Below, piece by piece: positions 48,610-53,106 of a stretch of 53,106 nucleotides of DNA; positions within the stretch are counted from its first letter, which is position 1; each line of letters starts with the position of its first letter. The stretch comes from Chara braunii (lineage: Eukaryota > Plantae > Charophyceae), in contig BFEA01000027.1 in NCBI GenBank assembly GCA_003427395.1, positions 601,058 to 654,163 of the forward strand, read 5' to 3'. The translations under genes were made by a program, and so were the position numbers. Under the pieces are notes generated by a model. It had not been told where the DNA came from. It saw nothing but the letters and a program-made list of their open reading frames with translations, and did no database searches.

Positions 48610-50100
48610 TCAGCACTTGTTAACGTCTACAATTGAAATCGCTTTCTCCACTGCTGCTAGTGACTCCATTGCCTTCAATGCGTCACTCCTCCTGATTTTC
48701 AATCCTGATTTACCTTTCTTTTCACTTTTCCATCCCCATGCCACACTGGTTAGGTGTTGCCACCCTGGCGAAGATTCGTTCTCCACTCGCCAACTTTTGT
48801 TCCATGCGTCTTCGTACAACTTTGAGATATCTGTTTCTTTTCCTTGTGGCCTCCAATACTGGACAAGAATTGTATCAGAGCCTTGTGACATTTCCTGAAC
48901 ACGTCCTATCCAAAAACTAACCCCTCTGTCTACGTACTCGTCCGGAGCGCGCAACACAACAAAACATCCTACTTCAACATGCTGTGCTGAGTCGAATTCG
49001 GGCTTCGGGGCATCCTTCTTGAAACCCACGAAACATTGTTTCCTCGGCGGCGAATCGAGTATCGTCAACGGCATTTTTACATCTTTGGTTAGTTGTGGCA
49101 TAGGTGACGACCAAAAATTGGTAGACAAATGAATAGGTTCTGAACTGCTTTCGTTTCTCATGTTCTTGAACAACTGTAACTGTGTCTGCCAATACTCAAG
49201 TTGACTTGCTTTGAGATGACGTTTCCATTCTTCATGTATCTGAAATTGTGACTCCTCGTTCTTCCAGTCCTCTACCAAATCGCTCACACCTTCGTGGCCT
49301 TTGATGAAGTCTCCGTTGTCCAAGTTAACTTTTAATCTAGACGGTTGAAATGAAATCGACGGTCTTGCCCATCCCCCTTCCTCATCCTTCTTGAACCAAT
49401 ATATGGGCTCGCCCACTGGCATCCATTCACCGACATTGCAATGTTCTTTGTACACCATAGCAGGGTTCTCCCCGTTCATATAAAACTTAAACAGTTGTGC
49501 CTTTGAATGACCGCCGATACGTTTGTCGAGATATTCGTTGATAGCTCCTTTCCAATCTGCTATCTCATCGATGAACGTGCAACTTACGTCCTCCTTTGTC
49601 GACTTTCTAAGTGCGTCGAACAATTTTGGCATGGTGTAAGCATCGGTGTTCGCTAGCTTCCTAGCGAACAAACTAAACTTTGCATCTATGTCTGTGTGTG
49701 TGTGACCCACTATCATGAATCCCATTTCTACGACTTCGAAAATGCGAAACTTAACCAACAATGCGAGGAACGCAAACACGTATCTGTTTTTGTCTTGACT
49801 GTCACAGTTGTCTGCATGCAGTTGAAAAACTGGAGGAAACCCTCCTGATTGCCTTTGCACGTCTCTTAAGACCCTCGCCACGGATGATACAATCGAATCC
49901 GGACCGTGAGGGTAGACTGGAAACCATGTGTACACAATAATGTGTGGAATCCTTCCATGTGCGAGGATGCCAGTGAGGTTTGTTTTCATCATGGTGCGGT
50001 TGTCCATGGCCTTGGACGTGCGGTTGCGAGCTGTGTGAGGAATGATTGTTTTTGCTTGGTCCATTCCGTCGATAATTATACACAAGCTTTTGTATGGCAT
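48610..50100 (-). CDS. DDE transposase-like protein (DUF7869/Sola-like core) with a C-terminal SH3-fold (Tudor/BAH-like) domain
   Basis: IIIDGMDQAK; QLHADNCDSQDKNRYVFAFL; IVGHTHTDIDAKFS; C-terminal VEVGCFVVLRA...FWIGRVQEM...ILVQYW. Superfamily assignment is from memory of motifs. Confidence 0.7.
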   Translation of the reverse strand: MPYKSLCIIIDGMDQAKTIIPHTARNRTSKAMDNRTMMKTNLTGILAHGRIPHIIVYTWFPVYPHGPDSIVSSVARVLRDVQRQSGGFPPVFQLHADNCDSQDKNRYVFAFLALLVKFRIFEVVEMGFMIVGHTHTDIDAKFSLFARKLANTDAYTMPKLFDALRKSTKEDVSCTFIDEIADWKGAINEYLDKRIGGHSKAQLFKFYMNGENPAMVYKEHCNVGEWMPVGEPIYWFKKDEEGGWARPSISFQPSRLKVNLDNGDFIKGHEGVSDLVEDWKNEESQFQIHEEWKRHLKASQLEYWQTQLQLFKNMRNESSSEPIHLSTNFWSSPMPQLTKDVKMPLTILDSPPRKQCFVGFKKDAPKPEFDSAQHVEVGCFVVLRAPDEYVDRGVSFWIGRVQEMSQGSDTILVQYWRPQGKETDISKLYEDAWNKSWRVENESSPGWQHLTSVAWGWKSEKKGKSGLKIRRSDALKAMESLAAVEKAISIVDVNKC

Positions 50101-50816
50101 GGTCTGACTTCGTAGTCTCTGTTCATGTCAGTCTGGTCAGGCATTGCATCAGCCTCTTCCAGTATCAGTGTTTGAAAGGTCTGAAAAGTCATTGCATGGA
50201 TGGCGGATGATGTAGAGTGGTATTGCCTTCCGTGAATGGGCACGACTATGCCCTCTGCATGTGTCTCACGATAATATGCGTACGTGTTCCTCGAAAAGCC
50301 GATGATGTAGCACCATGCCTGTACACAAACCCTGTGTTTCTCCACGACGGGTTTGACTACCTTCTTGTCATCTTCAATACATAGGAAACTATCGAATTGT
50401 TTAATCCACCATTTCCTTTTTTCTTCCGACATCAGTGATATATATTTCATTCTTGCTCTGTATACCTCATCCGCAGTCATCTTCGAGCAGCACTGCAATT
50501 TTTTGCAGCACGTCTTATTGAGCACTGCAGCGCACTCCTCCATCGTGCATTTGTCGACTAAATCTGCATCTGATGTTTCTGTTCTTTTCTTCCTCTTTCG
50601 ATTAGTATATTTCCTCTTCCCTGTGCTCGTTGGCAATTCGGTCAACAACGATATCGGCTCACTGTTGCCGTCATCTGGCAGCCATATATCGTCTGCGGAA
50701 GACACATCCGCATGGCAGTGGCCATCGTCGCTTACATTTTCTTCTTGCGAAGTGGGCTGGTCATACGGGTCTTGTTCACTGCGCTCGACCCCACATGGTT
50801 CACACTTGATAGACAT
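50076..50816 (-). CDS. N-terminal part of the same transposase-like gene (Cys-rich, basic NLS-like stretch)
   Basis: KRKYTNRKRKKR; CCKKLQCCSK; RVCVQAWCYIIGFSRNTY; HGR; ADAMPD. Overlaps the downstream ORF in a different frame. Confidence 0.6.
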   Translation of the reverse strand: MSIKCEPCGVERSEQDPYDQPTSQEENVSDDGHCHADVSSADDIWLPDDGNSEPISLLTELPTSTGKRKYTNRKRKKRTETSDADLVDKCTMEECAAVLNKTCCKKLQCCSKMTADEVYRARMKYISLMSEEKRKWWIKQFDSFLCIEDDKKVVKPVVEKHRVCVQAWCYIIGFSRNTYAYYRETHAEGIVVPIHGRQYHSTSSAIHAMTFQTFQTLILEEADAMPDQTDMNRDYEVRPCHTKACV

Positions 50817-52029
50817 GCGCGACCCCCTTGATTATATCCTAAAGTTTCAAGCGTCGGACCACCGTGTTACAGGGGTTGCTGCTACATGGGTGAACTGCAC
50901 TTCTCTTTCTGGGATCACGAATGCAACGAACTGAGGACTTCTCACCGCCCTCAAGTTGCGCCAATGGGGGAGACTGGCTCTCACTGCTGCAGACGATCCG
51001 CTGTGCCGTATGCGCCTTAGGATACGCAGCAGACGGGTGGGACTCAGAAGGGCAACTCCCCTTCTCGCTTTGCATATTCGGTGTATGCATTGTTTCTGCA
51101 AGGCATCCGGAAGCACTGTCAATGGACGAAGTGATACAACCTCTTCCCTGGCAAGCATCTAACAAAGTTCCGCTAACGCACGCCAACGACAACAGAGAGA
51201 CCACAGTGTTTTGGTTGTTCAAAGTCGGGATTCCTTTATCTCGAGGGAGGTGTGCTGGCAGCCTGGCAGATGGTCCGCCACCAGCATGGCACAAAATACA
51301 AACCCTACACAACCACCGATGAACACAGCAACCCTCAGCACATACCATCAACAAGGAGCCTCCAAACAACCAGGCAGTGACGAATGTTATGCCCCACATG
51401 TTGAGGAGCAAACCAGATAGTGAGCAGCAAAACGTACATCACCATGTGTAATGGAATGTCCTCGTGATAGGCACGAACAGATCTCTTCGGCGCCACATGA
51501 TCCTTTAGTCCTCGGAGCGCCGCAGTTGCACATGGTCCGGCAGCAGGACGACGGGGGACCATGTTTCCTATCCACGGACACGCACACATATAGTGTGATG
51601 GAGGAGCCCACAAAGAGAGCATGGCCGCAACAACACATGGTTTGGCGGCACGAGGACGCCGCAACAACACATGGTTTGGCGGCACCAGGACACTAGACCA
51701 TGTGTCGTATCCACGGCGTTTTATTTTGGTTTGAGGTTGCTGTCTGCCAAATTTGGTATTATTTGGGTTACTAGAATTTTTGTTGTTGGGAGGCCTGAAA
51801 ATCCTGAAATTTGGATGACGTGTTTCATGCCAAAATTGCCTGAAAATGCACTTCGGGGTTGCTTTTTTATGTGTTTTTAATTTTTTATTTTATATTTTTC
51901 CCTTAAATATGTTAGTAAGAAGTGCACTCTATACATTGGTGTGGAGTTTGCTTCAAATGGCCTTATGGTTTCCTTATAAATTGACCTGAAAAATTGGGGG
52001 TCGGTTAACCTTCTCTCCCACGACGGGCG

Positions 52030-53106
52030 GCGGACACGGACACATAGCATGTGTTGTATGACCCGACGAGGAGATCATGGCCCACAAACACACAGGCATG
52101 GTCCAATCGACCACAGGATCCTTCATGATGAGGACGCCGCAGCAACACATGGTTTGACGGCCCGAGGATGCCCGACCAAGAGTGTTATCCATGGCGGGTG
52201 GCGGACACTGACACAGAGCATGTGTTGGATGACCCGACGAGGAGATCATGGCCCACAAACACACAAGCATGGTCCACGCGACCACAGAATCCTTCATGAT
52301 CAGGACGCCGCAGCAACACATGGTTTGACGGCCCGAGGATGCCCGACCAAGAGTGTTATCCATGGCGGGCGACGGACAGGGAGTCATAGCATATGAAGGA
52401 GGATCCCACGAGGAGATCCGAGGAGGGTGGCCACGCCACCACATGACCCTTCATCATGACGACGGCGTACTAACACATGGTTCGGGGGCACGAGGACACC
52501 GGGCAACGTGATATATCCACGGCGGATGACGCACACAGGCACATAGGAGAGCCAACTACACAGTAACGACCCCCAACACTGCAGTGGCTATCGGAGAGAC
52601 CCAACGCACACCATAGAAGGAAACAACATACTCATGTTCGTTAGCATGCAAGCATATCAACGCACACTGCCACACAAAACCCCGGCCCACCTTGTGATGG
52701 TATGGCCCTTCATCGTGGGAGCTTACGCCCGACCTCCTTATCGTGCGTCCCGGCGTCCCGGCGTCCATACCATCCAAGAGTGTTATCCATGGCGGGTGGC
52801 GGACACGGACACAGAGCATGTGTTGTATGACCCGACAAGGACATCATGGCCCACAAACACAGATGCATGGTCCACGCGACCACAGGATCCTTCATGATCA
52901 GGACGCCGCAGCAACACATGGTTTGACGGCCCGACGATGCCCGACCAAGAGTGTTATCCATGAAGGATCCCGGACACGGATACAGAGCATGTGTTGTATG
53001 ACCCGACGAGAAGATCATGGCCCACAAACACACAGACATGGTCCACGCGACCACAGGATCCTTCATGATCAGGACGCCGCAGCAACACATGGTTTGACGG
53101 CCCGAG
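52030..53106. repeat. 171-bp tandem satellite-like repeat in two blocks
   Basis: cggacac...atggcgggtgg unit starts at 52031, 52202, 52800 and 52971. Confidence 0.9.

Overview
Repeat-dominated eukaryotic DNA with assembly gaps, microsatellites and no clear host gene. The style suggests a streptophyte alga or plant, possibly Chara-like (inference only). The centrepiece is a ~23-kb minus-strand Ty3/Gypsy-type LTR retrotransposon (19063 to at least 42233; ~19.6 kb without a 3.56-kb nested insertion), primed by tRNA-Asp. Its layout is unusual and virus-like. From the 5' end it has a ~2-kb structured leader, then a ~5-kb co-oriented cassette of 6-9 unknown ORFs before gag. The cassette includes two tandem ~350-370-aa paralogues with acidic, Trp-rich tails, and several tight stop/start junctions (ATGA overlap, 3-4 nt gaps). 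After gag-protease comes an HIV-type U_UUU_UUA -1 frameshift site into RT-RNaseH-integrase, then a ~450-nt GC-rich structured island, and a decayed env-position ORF with decapeptide repeats behind a TACTAAC...CAG acceptor. Other content: a decayed integrase and 3' region of a related Gypsy element (~640-3800); a very decayed LINE (~9000-12400); an intact orphan ORF (13688-14236); foldback-repeat arrays; a hammerhead-like core; and on the right a DDE-transposase (DUF7869/Sola-like) region with cargo ORFs and 42-bp and 171-bp tandem repeats.
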